Positions 36,270 to 49,296 are shown, counted from the first letter of the whole stretch. The stretch is DNA of 62,283 nt, filler included, from Chiloscyllium plagiosum (GCF_004010195.1; 4 parts of one record of this genome joined end to end with filler, not necessarily neighbours in it); one strand, 5' to 3'. A program made the numbers and translations. The notes: generated by a model from the sequence alone, not told the origin.

Positions 36270-39160
36270 GTGAACATATGAATGTAGGAATCAGGAGCAT
36301 GTGTAGGCACTCGGGCCCTTGAACCTCCTTTACCAGTCAATAAAACAATGGCTGATTTGAATACTCTGCATTTCCACCAAACCAAATCACCTTTCACTCC
36401 CTTTGCTCATCAAGAATCAATCTACTTCTGCCTTAAAATAATTCAACAACTTTGCTTCCACTCTTTCAGGAAAAAGAGTTTGAAAAACTCACAAGCCTCT
36501 GATAGGAAAAATTTCTCCTCGTCCCTATCTCAAATGGCATTCCCTTACTTTTAAACAGTGACCCCAGTTCGAGATTCTCTCACAAGAGGAAATACCCTTA
36601 TCACATCTCCCTTGTCAAGATCCTTCAAGACAATGCAATCATTGCAGCTATTGGCTTAATCAGCCATCTCTAAACTGCTTCCAATACTTTTACATGCTTC
36701 CTAGACCAATATTGTGCACAATACCACAGATGTGGTCCCACCAATGCCCTTATAAGTGAGAGATAGTTTCCCTCCTTTTGTATTGACTTCCTTTTGTGAT
36801 AAATGAAAACATTCTATTAACTTTCGTAATTACACGCTGCACCTGCAAACTAAGCTTTTCAGTTCGAGCACTGCGATACCATCTCTGAGTTCTGCACTCT
36901 CACACCATTTTGATAATATGCGTCATTTTTATTCTTCCTGACAAAATGGACAATTTCACATCTTTCACATTGTATTCCATTTGCCAGATTTTTACTCACT
37001 CACTTAATCTATCTATATATGTTTGTAGCCTTTTCAATATATCCTGGGGAAGGGGAGGGGGCAGGGGAGCGTCATTTGGCTCAGTTGGCTAGACAGCTAG
37101 TTCATAATGTAGAGTGATATCAACTGCACAGGTTTAGTTCCTAAATCCACTGATGTTACCATGCAGGTCCTGCCTTTTCAAACCTCATGTCCTCTTCACT
37201 TTCCTACCTAACTTTATGGCATCAATAAATTTATCTATCAAAACATCTGTCCTTTCATCCAAAATTTAGATAAATTCTAAACAGTTGAGACCCCGGTACT
37301 GCTCTCGAGGGACACTACTTGTTATATCTTATCAACCAGAAATCGATCTATTTACACCTACTTTCTGTTTGCTAGAAAATCCACTATCCTTGCCAACATG
37401 CTTCCCCTTACAAGATGAGTTTTTGTATTCTGCAATTACATTTGATGCAACACTTATCAAGTACCTTTTAAGTACTGGTTCCCCTTATCCCACAACACAC
37501 ATTATTTCTGCAAATAAACAAGATTTTTCTTTCACAAAACCTTGTTGGTTTTACCTGATTACCTCGAATTTTTCCAGGTACCTTGCTGATATTAACCTCT
37601 AACATCTTCCCTTTGACAGCTGTTAAGCTAACTGATCTCTACTTTCCTGTTTTCTGTCTCCCATCCTTGTTGAATAAAGGATTTATCACTGCTATTTTCC
37701 AATCTAACGGAACCCTCACAGAATCTGGGGAATCTTGAAAAATGAAAACCAAGACTTGAACCATCTCACGAGCCACTTCATTTCTGATCCTCAGATGACA
37801 TCCATCAGCACCTAGGCACTTGCTAGTCCTCAACTTCAACAATTTATTCAAAATCACTTCTCTGGTGATTGTGATTTTCCTGAGCCCCTTCCTCCCTTCC
37901 ACTTTGTGACTTACAACTATTTCTGGGATGTTCCTTATAACCTCTATAGTGATGACCAATGCAAAATTGACCGGCCTTCTCCTTATTTGCCATCATTAAT
38001 TCCCCAAAACATTTTCTTTCGGACCAACACCCATGTTCATACCCCTTTGGTTTTGGACACATTGGTTACAAAGGCCCAACAGTGTCTCTTCTTCCTCAGG
38101 CAGCTGAGGAAATTTAGCATGACGGCGAATACTCTTACCATCTTTTATAGGTGCACCATCGAGAGCATTCTGTCTGGATGTATCACTACCTGGTATGGTA
38201 ACTGTACCATTCAAGATCGGAGACGGTTACAGAGAGCGGTGAACTCAGCCCGGACAATCACAAAGGCCAACCTCCCATCTATAGAATCCATCTACCAGGT
38301 CCACTGTCAAGGAAAGGCTGCCAGCATTCTCAAAGATCCATTCCAACCTGGCAATGTTTGTCAACAACCTCTACCATCGGGGAGAAGGTACAGAAGCCTG
38401 AACACACGCACCAGCCGGTTTCAAAACAGTTTCTACCCTCCTGTTGTTAGAATACTGAATGGACTCTCAAACTCTAGGCATTCACCTGTAAACTGTGTTT
38501 TTGTTTTTGCCGCTGTTTGCCTATTATTTACTATCTATTCTACTTAACTCTGTGATCTGTCTGTATTGTTCGCAAGACAAAGCTTTCACTGTGCCTCTGT
38601 ACACGTGATAATAAATTCAATTCAATTCAATTTAAATAACTGGTGAAATGTTTACTAACTTTTTTTTATTTCTTGCTGCCTTTCTCTTGTGTTCTCATTT
38701 TCCCATTGTTATTAATATTTTAGTCATTATTTGCTTTTTAAAATATTCTGTCAAATCTTCTGATTTGTCTCCCACCTATGTGATTCTTTACACAATATGC
38801 TTCTTCTTTAAGTTTGGTACCATCCTTAATGTTTTAGTTAACCATAGATGGCAGATCCTTCCCCTGAATTTTTTCTTTCTCATTGGAATGTACCAAAGAG
38901 GAGGCTATAACAGACCTGGTATTGTGCAACAAGATAGGACTAATTAATGCCTTTCTATTGAAGGTGCTGTTACATATCAGCAGTTGTAGTAATGATAAAT
39001 TTTACATTCAGTTTGAGAGAGTATATTCTGAAAAGCCCCTCAAATGTTTGCCACTGTATCTCTAGTGACTTAACCTTTAATGTAATTTCCCAGTTCACTT
39101 TAGCTCATTCTGCTTTCATGCCCTCATAGTTGCCCTTTTTAAGTATTGAAAGCCAGTCTT
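36270..39160 (-). mobile_element. Old decayed CR1 LINE
   Basis: ITREVILNKLLKLRTSKCLGADGCHLRI...VPLDWKIAVINPLFNKDGRQK; CR1-type 3' tail near 36280. Confidence 0.75.
38059..38632 (+). mobile_element. Rex1/Babar-like LINE 3' end with (AATTC)n tail
   Basis: KAQQCLFFLRQLRKF...FYRCTIESILSGCITTWYGNC...LPSGRRYRSLNTRTSRFQNSFYP; ends AATAAATTCAATTCAATTCAAT. Confidence 0.85.
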
Positions 39161-39169
39161 GGACAAGAT

Positions 39170-39925
39170 TTGGAGACGGCGGTGTTGGACCGGGTAGTAC
39201 AAAGTTAAAAATCACATAACACCAGGTTTAATTGGAAGCACTAGCTTTCGGAGTGCTGCTCCTTCAACAGGTGATTGTGGAGACAGAATTTATTTCCAGT
39301 GTGATGTAACTGAAATTATATATTGAAAAAGACTCAAATGTTTGTTATGTCTCTCATCTTTTAAAATGACCATGTTGGTATCAGTTCTTTCTAATGTAAA
39401 TCGCAAAACTTTTTTTAAAAAGTTACATTCTCAAGTGCACTTTAACAATTGGTGTCATGTCGGCCCAGATAAGGTATTGAAGGTATTTACTCCCTGTGAG
39501 GCTGTCTGTGCCACAATGGTCAGACTGATTCTAAACAAGGGATTTTCAGAATCTTACATGGATTCATGCAAAGTAAAATGTAATTCTGCAAGTACAAATT
39601 CACCTCACAACCTTATATATGTATGTGTGCATGTCAGTGTGTGTATTTGTTTGTGAGTGTAAACGGGTTTAAGTCTGTGAGAGGTTGTGTGTGGGAGTGT
39701 ATGTGTGAGTGTATGAGAGAGGGTCTGAGTGTCTGTGTGTTCGTCTGTGTGTATAGTGCAGCGGTGTCACATGTATTGTGACATGAACCCAAGGTCCCGG
39801 CTGTGGCCATCCCATGGGTACCGAACTTTGCTATCAGCCTCTGCTTGGCCACTCTGCATTGTTGCCTATCCCAAAGTCCACCTTGTAGGATGGTCACCCG
39901 AAGGTCCGAGGTCGACTGTCCCGCA
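39170..39925 (-). mobile_element. Penelope-like family 2 3' end
   Basis: TILQGGLWDRQQCRVAKQRLIAKFGTHG; mutated hammerhead (CTGTTGA core) at 39239-39273. Confidence 0.75.
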
Positions 39926-41173
39926 CCGCATGGACAACACTTCTTTGCCTCAAACTGAATGTAAAACTCAACCTTCCTATGATCACTGATGTGTCACAGC
40001 ACCTTCATTAGAAAGTCATTAATTAGTCCTATCTCATTACACAATACAAGTCTATTATAGCCTCCACTGTGGTTGGCCCCAGAATGTGCTGTTCTAAGGA
40101 ATTAATCCAAAATCCTATGAAATCATCATCTCAGCTACCTTTGCTCATCTATGTGTTTTCCTGCTTCCAACACCTAAAAGATCCTGTTAATTTCCAACTG
40201 GATCTGACAAAGTGAGAACTAAGACAATTTTTGGCTCTAATAAGACCTTGGATAACAAGTTCCAAAACTGAAATTTCTAGTTAAAGCATCTTGTAAAAGC
40301 TGATTTTGAGGGTGGGAGAAAACCACAGATAAGCAGTAGCAAGGTGAATGCAATTATTCAGAAACAACCCGAGGTAAGAGAGAATTGGGTAATATGTCCC
40401 ACCATTGTCTGACATCCCAAATGCAGCATGAACCTTGCATGAGGGACATAGTTCACACAAAAAAAAACAACAGAATCTTTAGAGGTAAGGTTGACTGATT
40501 ATTAGTAAAGACTGGGATCAATCACTGAAGTCTCAATAACATTTTGTTAAACTGATTGAAACCCAAAGATGTACTCATATATGCAGGCAAGCCAAGAAAA
40601 TGAAAACTAAGCCACAGGTTAAACATTTAGAACATGATGTCAAAGGAAATTTGGGAGTTACTGCAGGGCATCTTGTAGATACTACACCCCCCTGCTGTGG
40701 CATATCAATGGTCATGCGAATGTATGTTGAAGGTGGTGGATGTGGTGCCAATTAAGCAGGAGCTGCTTTGGTCTGGATAGTGTCAAATGTTTTGAGTGTT
40801 ATTCAAGTTGCATCTATCGATCACACTCCTGACTTGTGCCTTGTAGATGGTGGATAGGCTTGTGGGAGTCAGGAAGGTGAGTTCTCAGTGCAGTATTCCT
40901 AGCCTCTGACCTGCTCTTGGAGCTACAGTATTTTTATATCTGATCCAATTCAGTTTTGGGTCAATGATATCCCAGAATGTTGATTTTGGGAGATTTAGTG
41001 AAGATAATGTCATTGAATGTCAAGAGGTGATGGTTAGGTTCTGTCTCATAAAAGATGAGACAGCTCGCAGATATCTCCTCCTACTGCCCCCTTGACCAGG
41101 ACCCCACCCCCCACCACCAAACCATCATCTCCCAGACCATCCATAACCTCATCACCTCGGGGGGTCTCCCCTC

Positions 41174-41273
41174 NNNNNNNNNNNNNNNNNNNNNNNNNNN
41201 NNNNNNNNNNNNNNNNNTTAATTAATTAANNNNNNNNNNNNNNNNNNNNNNNNNNNNNNNNNNNNNNNNNNNN
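41174..41273. other. Artificial contig spacer 44N-TTAATTAATTAA-44N
   Basis: Same 100-bp construct as at 10410. Confidence 0.95.
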
Positions 41274-41445
41274 TGAGCTTGCCCCCAGTCTGCCTCTTCG
41301 ATCTGACCCTCCATTCCCACCAATCTGCCCCATTATACTCCACATGGGACCCCATTTACCTGATTCTGGACTCTCTCATGATTGTGATTACCACTGATTT
41401 CCTTACTCTCTCTGACGTACTGTTTTCTGATTTCCTTCTCTCCAG

Positions 41446-41537
41446 CATTTGTCGCTGCCATCCAGTTGTTCTCCCGCCATGAGAGTGAGCAAGAGAACCC
41501 TGAGGATGAGATCATCCTGCTGATCAAAAAGGCCAAG
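41446..41537 (+). CDS. TTC19: Tetratricopeptide repeat protein 19, probable exon 2
   Basis: Acceptor ttccttctctccag; FVAAIQLFSRHESEQENPEDEIILLIKKAK (human ...EAEIIQLLKRAK as recalled); donor GTTCGG. Confidence 0.85.
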
Positions 41538-42428
41538 GTTCGGAATTGTCTGTTTCTTTCTCTTTCTTCCTCCCTGTGCCAATTCAAACGTTGTCATCTC
41601 ATCGACAACAGCCTGTGTGCGAGTCAAAGGGCAATCTTTCTACTCCCTATCTCAAAGCAGCAGTCAGTCATCTGGATTTCCATTCTGGCCCAAATGACAC
41701 CCCACCTTCACTAGGAGGAATAAACCAGCACCAGCCTTCCAGCTGGTAACTAACCCCAATACATAATACAACTGCTAATGTCACCCCTGAATTTAGAAAC
41801 GGGAGAAAACAAAAAATGGTAACTGGAAGTCTGTGACCTTAACATCTGTTATTGAGAAAATGTTAGGACCTGTGAAAGGATGTAATAGCAGATAATTTAG
41901 AAATATGACCAAGCAGCAGTAAGATGGTTTCAATTAAAGGGAAGTCTGACCTGATCACTTTTTTAGAATTTTTCGAGGAAGTAATGAGCAGAATGAAGTA
42001 AAGGGAAAATTGAAAATGTGATCTATTCAGAAGGTGCTGACCTGCTGTTCTTTTCCAGCACCACACGTTTGGACTCCAATCTCCAGCATCTGCAGTCCTC
42101 ACTTTCTCCTACTTAAGAGGAGACAGTTTAATCCTGTGGATAGAGAACTGGCTAACTAACAGAAGACAGACAGTTTGGATAAGGGAGCATTTTCAGATGG
42201 CAAATATTAACTAGTGGAGTGCCACGGGGTCAATGCTGGGCCTGTAATTATTTACGATATATCACAGAATGGTTATGGCGCAGGCGGATGCTATTGGGCC
42301 CGTCATGTCTGCGTCACCTCCTCAAATGGGTGTCATTATCTAGTGCTGATCCCCCACATTCTCCCCCATACTCTTGCACACTACTTATATGCAAGTAATC
42401 ATCAAATGCTGACTTTAATGCCTCACCG

Positions 42429-42740
42429 TGGGTGGCATGGTGGCACAGTGGTTAGCACTGCTGCCTCACAGTGCCAGAGACCCATGTTCAAATCATGCCT
42501 CAGGCAACTCAGTGTGGAGTTTGCACATTCTCCCCGTGTCTGCGTGGGTTTCCTTCGGGTGCTCCGGTTTCCTCCCAAAGTCCAAAAATGTGCAGGTGAA
42601 TTGGCCATGCTAATTTGCCCGTAGTGTTAGGTGAAGGGGTAAATGTAGGGGGATGGGTCTGGGTGGGTTGCTCTTAGGCGGGTCAGTGTGGACTTGTTGG
42701 GCTGAAGGGCCTGATTCCTCACTGTAAGTAATCTAATCTA
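42429..42740 (+). mobile_element. HE1-like V-SINE
   Basis: GGCATGGTGGCACAGTGGTTAGCACTGCTGCCTCACAG head, GTGGAGTTTGCACATTCTCCCCGTGTCTGCGTGGGTTTCC V domain, CR1-like tail ending (TAATC)n. Confidence 0.9.
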
Positions 42741-43525
42741 ATTGAATCTGCCTCCACCACATTTCCAGGCTGTGCATTCCAAACCTTAACTACTCACTGT
42801 GAAAAAGAATTAAATCCCATCACATTTGCTGCTTTTGTATGTCACTAAATTTATGATGTGGAGGAGCTGATGTTTATTTTGAAGCACTAGCTTTCAGAGC
42901 ACTGCACCTTTATCAGGTGGCTAGTGGGGCAAGATCATACGACACAGAATTTACAGCAAAAAATCAGTATCGTGCAATTAAAACAATATATTGAACAAAC
43001 CTAGATTGTTGTTAAGTCTTTCATCNNNNNNNNNNNNNNNNNNNNNNNNNNNNNNNNNNNNNNNNNNNNNNNNNNNNNNNNNNNNNNNNNNNNNNNNNNN
43101 NNNNNNNNNNNNNNNNNNNNNNNNNNNNNNNNNNNNNNNNNNNNNNNNNNNNNNNNNNNNNNNNNNNNNNNNNNNNNNNNNNNNNNNNNNNNNNNNNNNN
43201 NNNNNNNNNNNNNNNNNNNNNNNNNNNNNNNNNNNNNNNNNNNNNNNNNNNNNNNNNNNNNNNNNNNNNNNNNNNNNNNNNNNNNNNNNNNNNNNNNNNN
43301 NNNNNNNNNNNNNNNNNNNNNNNNNNNNNNNNNNNNNNNNNNNNNNNNNNNNNNNNNNNNNNNNNNNNNNNNNNNNNNNNNNNNNNNNNNNNNNNNNNNN
43401 NNNNNNNNNNNNNNNNNNNNNNNNNNNNNNNNNNNNNNNNNNNNNNNNNNNNNNNNNNNNNNNNNNNNNNNNNNNNNNNNNNNNNNNNNNNNNNNNNNNN
43501 NNNNNNNNNNNNNNNNNNNNNNNNN

Positions 43526-44445
43526 AGTAATATTAGCAAATTTGCTGATGACACAAAGCTGGGTGGCAGGGTGAAATGTGAGGAGGATGTTAGGAGATTA
43601 CAGGGTGACCTGGACAGGCTAGGAGAGTGGACGGATGCATTGCAGATGCAGTTTAATGTGGATCAATGTGTGGTTATCCACTTTGGTGGCAAGAACAGGA
43701 AGGCAGATTTCTATCTAAATGGAATCAAGGGGCAGTACAACGAGATCTAGGTGTTCTTGTACATCAGTCAATGAAAGCAAGCAGGCAGTAAAGAAAGCTA
43801 ATAGCATGCTGGCCTTCATAACAAGAGGAATTGAGTATAGGAACAAAGAGGTCCTTCTGCAGCTGTTCAGGGCCTTGGTGAGACCGCACCTGGAGTATTG
43901 TGTGCAGTTCTGGTCTCCAAATTTGAGGAAAGACATTCTGGCTTTTGAGGGAGTGCAACGTATGTTCACGAGGTCAATTCCCGGAATGGCAGGGCTATCA
44001 TATGTTGAAAGATTGGAGCGACTGGGCTTGTATATACTTGTGTTTAGAAGAATGAGAGGGGATCTGATTGAGACGTACAAGATTATTAAAGGATTGGACC
44101 TCTGGAGGCAGGAAGCATGTTTCTGCTGATGGCTGAGTCCCGAACCAGAGGACACAGTTTAAAAATAAGGGGTAGGCCACTTAGAACAGAGTTGAGGAGA
44201 AACTTCTTCACCCAGAGAGTGGTGGGTGTGTGGAATGCTCTTCCCCAGAAGGCTGTGGAGGCCAAGTCTCTGGATACTTTCAAGAAAGAGTTGGATAGAG
44301 CTCTTAGAGAAAATTGAATCAAGGGTTATGGGGATAAGGCTGGAACAGGATACTGATTGAGGATGATCAGCCATGATCATAATGAATGTTGATGCTGGCT
44401 CGAAGGACCGAATGGCCTACTCCTGCACCTATTGTCTATTGATAG
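43526..44445 (+). mobile_element. CR1 LINE 3' part
   Basis: ISKFADDTKLGG, KKANSMLAFITRGIEYRNKEVLLQLFRALVRPHLEYCVQFWSP, TRGHSLKIRG. Confidence 0.9.
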
Positions 44446-44691
44446 TCCTGATGAGCAAATTGGAAAACTCCGACTTCACGTCTCATTAAGCAATATTGGT
44501 TTCCCTCCATCCTGGGAGCTGATAACTGTGCATGTGGTCTATACTTTGAGTGGGTCATGTTTCTCTGATGCATATTTTCTCTCCCTGTCTCTCCTCCCTT
44601 CTCTGTCCCTCTGACTCTGTCACCCCATCTCCATCCCTGTCTCCCTCTTATTATTATGTTCTTTGTCTCTCACTCTTTACTTGTTTTTTTC

Positions 44692-44719
44692 CTCTCTCTC
44701 TCTGGCTCTCTCTCTCTCT

Positions 44720-44785
<66 letters not shown>

Positions 44786-45091
44786 GGCTCCCTCTCTCTC
44801 TCTCTCTGGCTCTCTCTCTCTCTCTCTCTGGCTCCCTCTCTCTCTCTCTCTGGCTCTCTCTCTCTCTCTCTCTGGCTCCCTCTCTCTCTCTCTCTGGCTC
44901 TCTCTCTCTCTCTCTCTGGCTCCCTCTCTCTCTCTCTCTGGCTCTCTCTCTCTCTCTCTCTGGCTCCCTCTCTCTCTCTCTCTGGCTCTCTCTCTCTCTC
45001 TCTCTGGCTCCCTCTCTCTCTCTCTCTGGCTCTCTCTCTCTCTCTCTCTGGCTCTCTCTCTCTCTCTCTCTGGCTCTCTCTCTCTCTCTCT
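44692..45091. repeat. (CT)n microsatellite with periodic GG interruptions
   Basis: Alternating GGCTCTCT... and GGCTCCCT... units of about 20-24 bp, running into a gap. Confidence 0.95.
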
Positions 45092-45501
45092 NNNNNNNNN
45101 NNNNNNNNNNNNNNNNNNNNNNNNNNNNNNNNNNNNNNNNNNNNNNNNNNNNNNNNNNNNNNNNNNNNNNNNNNNNNNNNNNNNNNNNNNNNNNNNNNNN
45201 NNNNNNNNNNNNNNNNNNNNNNNNNNNNNNNNNNNNNNNNNNNNNNNNNNNNNNNNNNNNNNNNNNNNNNNNNNNNNNNNNNNNNNNNNNNNNNNNNNNN
45301 NNNNNNNNNNNNNNNNNNNNNNNNNNNNNNNNNNNNNNNNNNNNNNNNNNNNNNNNNNNNNNNNNNNNNNNNNNNNNNNNNNNNNNNNNNNNNNNNNNNN
45401 NNNNNNNNNNNNNNNNNNNNNNNNNNNNNNNNGCTGGCTCCCTCTGGTACACCGCCCCCCCCCCTCCCCCCCCCCCATCCCTCTGTCCTGATGTTCTGCA
45501 G

Positions 45502-45540
45502 ATGGCTAACCTGGCGTTTCTCCGGGGAGACCACCTTAAT
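45502..45540 (+). CDS. TTC19: TTC19 probable exon 4 (39 nt)
   Basis: ctgcag|MANLAFLRGDHLN|gtaagt; human MANLAFIRGQLEN. Confidence 0.93.
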
Positions 45541-45765
45541 GTAAGTGATCGGAATTGTTGCTCTTACCCGAGCTTGAAATGTCCCTGGCATGTTGTCCGA
45601 CCCTGTCTCCTCCACTGTCTCCCCCTCCTACTCGCCCTCCAGCTCATCTCCCCACTAACCCTTCTCTTCCTCCTCCTCCTCCCACCCTGGCCCTGGGTCT
45701 ACCTTGTTTTGTTAAACAGTCAGTTCTCACCACGTCTTTTTTGTTTTCTCTCTCTATCTCTTTAG

Positions 45766-45822
45766 GCTGAGAAACTTTTCAAAGCAGCAATGAGCCAGCT
45801 CTTGCAATCTGGAACTCCGGAG
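45766..45822 (+). CDS. TTC19: TTC19 probable exon 5 (57 nt)
   Basis: tttag|AEKLFKAAMSQLLQSGTPE|gtaaat; human AEQLFKATMSYLLGGGMKQ. Confidence 0.93.
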
Positions 45823-46372
45823 GTAAATGTGCCAGATCAGAAAAAGAGTGGGATGTGGGGGCAGGCGTTTATTGCCCGGCCCGAGTTGCCCATTGAGAAC
45901 ATGGGGGTGAGCTGCCTCCTTGAAAGACCCACAATGCCCTTAGGAAGGAAATTCCAGGATTCTGACCCAGTGACACTCAAGGAATGGTGATATATTTCCA
46001 AGTCAGGAGATGCATCCCTTTGAGGGCAATCTGCAGGGGGTGGTGTCCCCATGAATCTGATGTCCTTGTCCATCTCGATGGAAGTGCTTGTGGGTTTGAA
46101 AGGCGCTTTCTAAACCTTGATGAATTTCTGTAGTGCATCTTGTAGATAGTACACACTGCTGCTGCTGCGCGTTGGTGATGGAGAGAGTGGATACTTTGTC
46201 CTGAACGGTATTGAGCTTCTTGTGTGTTGTATACTTGTGCAGAATGGTCAGTATTTGGCTGCTGCCTGTGGCCACTGTCGCTGTTGTGAGATCGCTGAAT
46301 CCTTTAACAAAGCACAGTAAGGAGTAGAAAATGTAGATGTGATTTGTAACTCTTCCCCTCTTGCTCTCTCAG

Positions 46373-46434
46373 GATGATAATGCAATGATTGAGATGTCCC
46401 TCAAATTGTGCAACATCTACGTGAGCACTGAACA
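46373..46434 (+). CDS. TTC19: TTC19 probable exon 6 (62 nt)
   Basis: ctctcag|DDNAMIEMSLKLCNIYVSTE(Q)|gtgagt; human EDNAIIEISLKLASIY. Phase compatible with neighbouring exons. Confidence 0.93.
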
Positions 46435-46949
46435 GTGAGTAAACCAGACACCTCAAATGTTGGCAATCCATTTCCCAGCCCTCCACCCTCATTCCCACAG
46501 GCACTGGTGTACATGATTCATGGGCTGTAGCTGGAGTGCACAGGCACAGACTCTTGCTGTGGGCACTTAACCCTTGCCCCTTGCCAGGCTGGTGCCTCTG
46601 CTCAGGGTACAGCATCCTCTGGGGAGGCAAGAGTGGCTTGAGCCACTGACAACTCGCCTGGCCCGTTCACTCTCATTTTAAATACATGCAGAAGCTTTTG
46701 CTGTCAGTTTTACGTTTCTAACTAGCTTTCTCTCCTCCTCTCTTTTCTTTCTCCTGATTAATCTCTTAACTGCTGTCTGTGGTTCTTTATGTTCTGTCCA
46801 GCTACCTGACCTGTCACATACCTTTGTGCGTTTATATGCTTTTTCCTTAAGCATGATGCTTTCCTTAACTTCTTTAGTTAATCTCAGGTGGCAGTTCCTC
46901 CCTTTAGAATTTATCTTTCTAATGGGAGAATGTTTATTCTGAGCATCTG

Positions 46950-47275
46950 AAGTCACAGAATCACAGAATCCCTTCAGTGCAGATAGAAGCCCATTTGGCC
47001 CACCCAGCCTGCACAGCCCTCTGAAGGGCATCCCACCTAGACCCATGTGTACTATAGTTAACCCACCCAACCTGCACCAGCCCTGGACACTATGGGTAAT
47101 TTAGCATGGTCAATCCGTCTAACTGCACACCTTTGGACTGTAGAAGGAAACCAGAGCACCCAGAGGAATTTCGCACAGACACAGGGAGAATGTACAAACT
47201 CCACACAGTCACCCAAGGCTGGAATTAAACCTGGTTCCTGGCGCTGTGAGGCAACAGTGCTAACTGCTGAGCTAC
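46950..47275 (-). mobile_element. HE1-like V-SINE
   Basis: Reverse complement of the head and V domain, with a (GATTCTGT)n tail. Confidence 0.8.
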
Positions 47276-47670
47276 CCTTAACAGAAATGTCCTTTTTAAT
47301 GCCTGCCACTGAGTCTCTATTGATCTATGAACAACCCCAGAATCCCAGTTTGCTTCAGCTAGCCCAGCTTTCTTGCCTATATAATTGCCCTTAAATCACT
47401 CTTCTCTCTTTCAAACTGGGAGTACAATTCACTCTTAGTGCTGGTTACAACTACCTCGGGTTGCCTTAACTATGAGGTCACTCACTGACCTTGTCACACA
47501 CTCACCATCATGTCTAATATAACCTGCTGTCTGGTTGGTTCCAGGATGAGCTGCTCTAAAACCCTCCATGGAAAGCACTCTATGAATTCCACACCCTGGC
47601 TCCTATTGCCATTCTGACCTTTCCAGTTAATATAAAGATTAAAATCACTCCATGATGATTGCTGTCCTTA

Positions 47671-48455
47671 TCTCCACCAGGACAGAACCCCACTAGTCCT
47701 CACCTACCACCCCACCAACCTCCAGATACATCGGATCATCCTTCGTCATTTCCGCCACCTCCAAACGGACCCCACCACCAAGGATATATTTNNNNNNNNN
47801 NNNNNNNNNNNNNNNNNNNNNNNNNNNNNNNNNNNNNNNNNNNNNNNNNNNNNNNNNNNNNNNNNNNNNNNNNNNNNNNNNNNNNNNNNNNNNNNNNNNN
47901 NNNNNNNNNNNNNNNNNNNNNNNNNNNNNNNNNNNNNNNNNNNNNNNNNNNNNNNNNNNNNNNNNNNNNNNNNNNNNNNNNNNNNNNNNNNNNNNNNNNN
48001 NNNNNNNNNNNNNNNNNNNNNNNNNNNNNNNNNNNNNNNNNNNNNNNNNNNNNNNNNNNNNNNNNNNNNNNNNNNNNNNNNNNNNNNNNNNNNNNNNNNN
48101 NNNNNNNNNNNNNNNNNNNNNNNNNNNNNNNNNNNNNNNNNNNNNNNNNNNNNNNNTATCTCAGTCCCAACCCCCGGATTCAGCACCGCCCTCTTGACCT
48201 GCAATCATCTTCCCGACCTCTCCGCCCCCACCCCCCTCTCCGGCCTATCACCCTCACCTTAACCTCTTTCCACCTATCACATCTCCAACAGCCCTCCCCC
48301 AAGTCCCTCCTCCCTACCTTTTATCTTAGCCTGCTGGACAAACTTTCCTCATTCCTGAAGAAGGGCTTATGCCCGAAACGTCGATTCTCCTGCTCCTTTG
48401 CTGCCTGACCTGCTGCGCTTTTCCAGCAACATATTTTTAAGCTCTTATCTCCAGT
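47671..48455 (+). mobile_element. Penelope-like 3' fragment (gapped)
   Basis: DRTPLVLTYHPTNLQIHRIILRHFRHLQTDPTT and terminal repeat. Confidence 0.8.
48351..48386 (+). ncRNA. Minimal hammerhead ribozyme motif
   Basis: Identical to 30359-30394: ATTCCTGAAGAAGGGCTTATGCCCGAAACGTCGATT. Confidence 0.7.
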
Positions 48456-48680
48456 AGCCCAATATTTCACTTCCTTTGATCTGATGTAATCCCTCACTTC
48501 TTTGATTAACCATGATTGATCCACCTTTCCCTTTGTGTCATAGGAAACAGGAGGAGGTAGAGGCAATTTTGCCCTTTGAACTTGCTCAACCATTCATGTG
48601 TTCAACACCATATTCCCACTTTCTCCCCATATTCCTGATGGCTTTAAAGTCTAAACATGGGTCAATCTCTTTGTTGAATA

Positions 48681-48876
48681 CAGTAATCTCCCCTCCATAC
48701 TGGCAGGGGATATGTTCCATGACCTACCGTGGAAGCTTGAATCCGCGGATAGAAGCGCTCCCATTCATTTCAGTGGGAAATTTACCCTCCTGGTTCCAGA
48801 AGGTTCTCTATAATATTTTGGACGGTGGGTAACAGAAACCATGGAAAATGATTCCGCAGATACAGGGGTCACCCTG
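48681..48876. mobile_element. Tc1/mariner Tigger-type MITE (MER8-like)
   Basis: TA|CAGTAATCTCCCC...GGGGATATGTTCC...CCGCGGATAG...GGTAACAGAAACC...CCGCAGATACAGGGGTCACCCTG|TA: imperfect terminal inverted repeats and a TA target duplication. Confidence 0.7.
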
Positions 48877-49296
48877 TATTATATCCAGTTTTGTTGGGTC
48901 TTAGAATGTTCGTCTGCCGTAGACAAAGTAATGTTTCTTTAAATGCTAGCTATTGCCTAGCAGCACTTCCACCATTGCTAATTCGCTCCGATTTTAAGAT
49001 CCTAGACTCAGAATGAATATGAAATTCTGTCCTATTATCGTCATTGTTTTCCAAGGGGATCTTTTACAGTAAAGTTATTAGTTAATTTTTTTTATTACAT
49101 AATACTGAATCTCCTCTGATCCAGCCTGACAGCTCAATGTGCTGCTCTAGAAACCCATCTCATACACACACTATTAATTCTTCCTCCCCAATATCAGTGC
49201 TGACTTCGTTAACCCAGCTCTGTCTGGTGTCACCCATCATTACTGTTACCTGCTCACCTGGATCATACCATGTGATGTTCCTTTTGGCTTTTACAG

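Noticed and set aside
37906..38547. 213-aa host protein
   Set aside because: C-terminal part of a Rex1/Babar LINE ORF read through from antisense CR1 sequence.
42429..42510. tRNA gene
   Set aside because: A/B-box head of an HE1-like SINE continuing into the V domain and tail. The same applies to the other SINE heads.
44550..45765. Long SL-rich or RE-rich ORFs
   Set aside because: Translations of the (CT)n array and an N gap.
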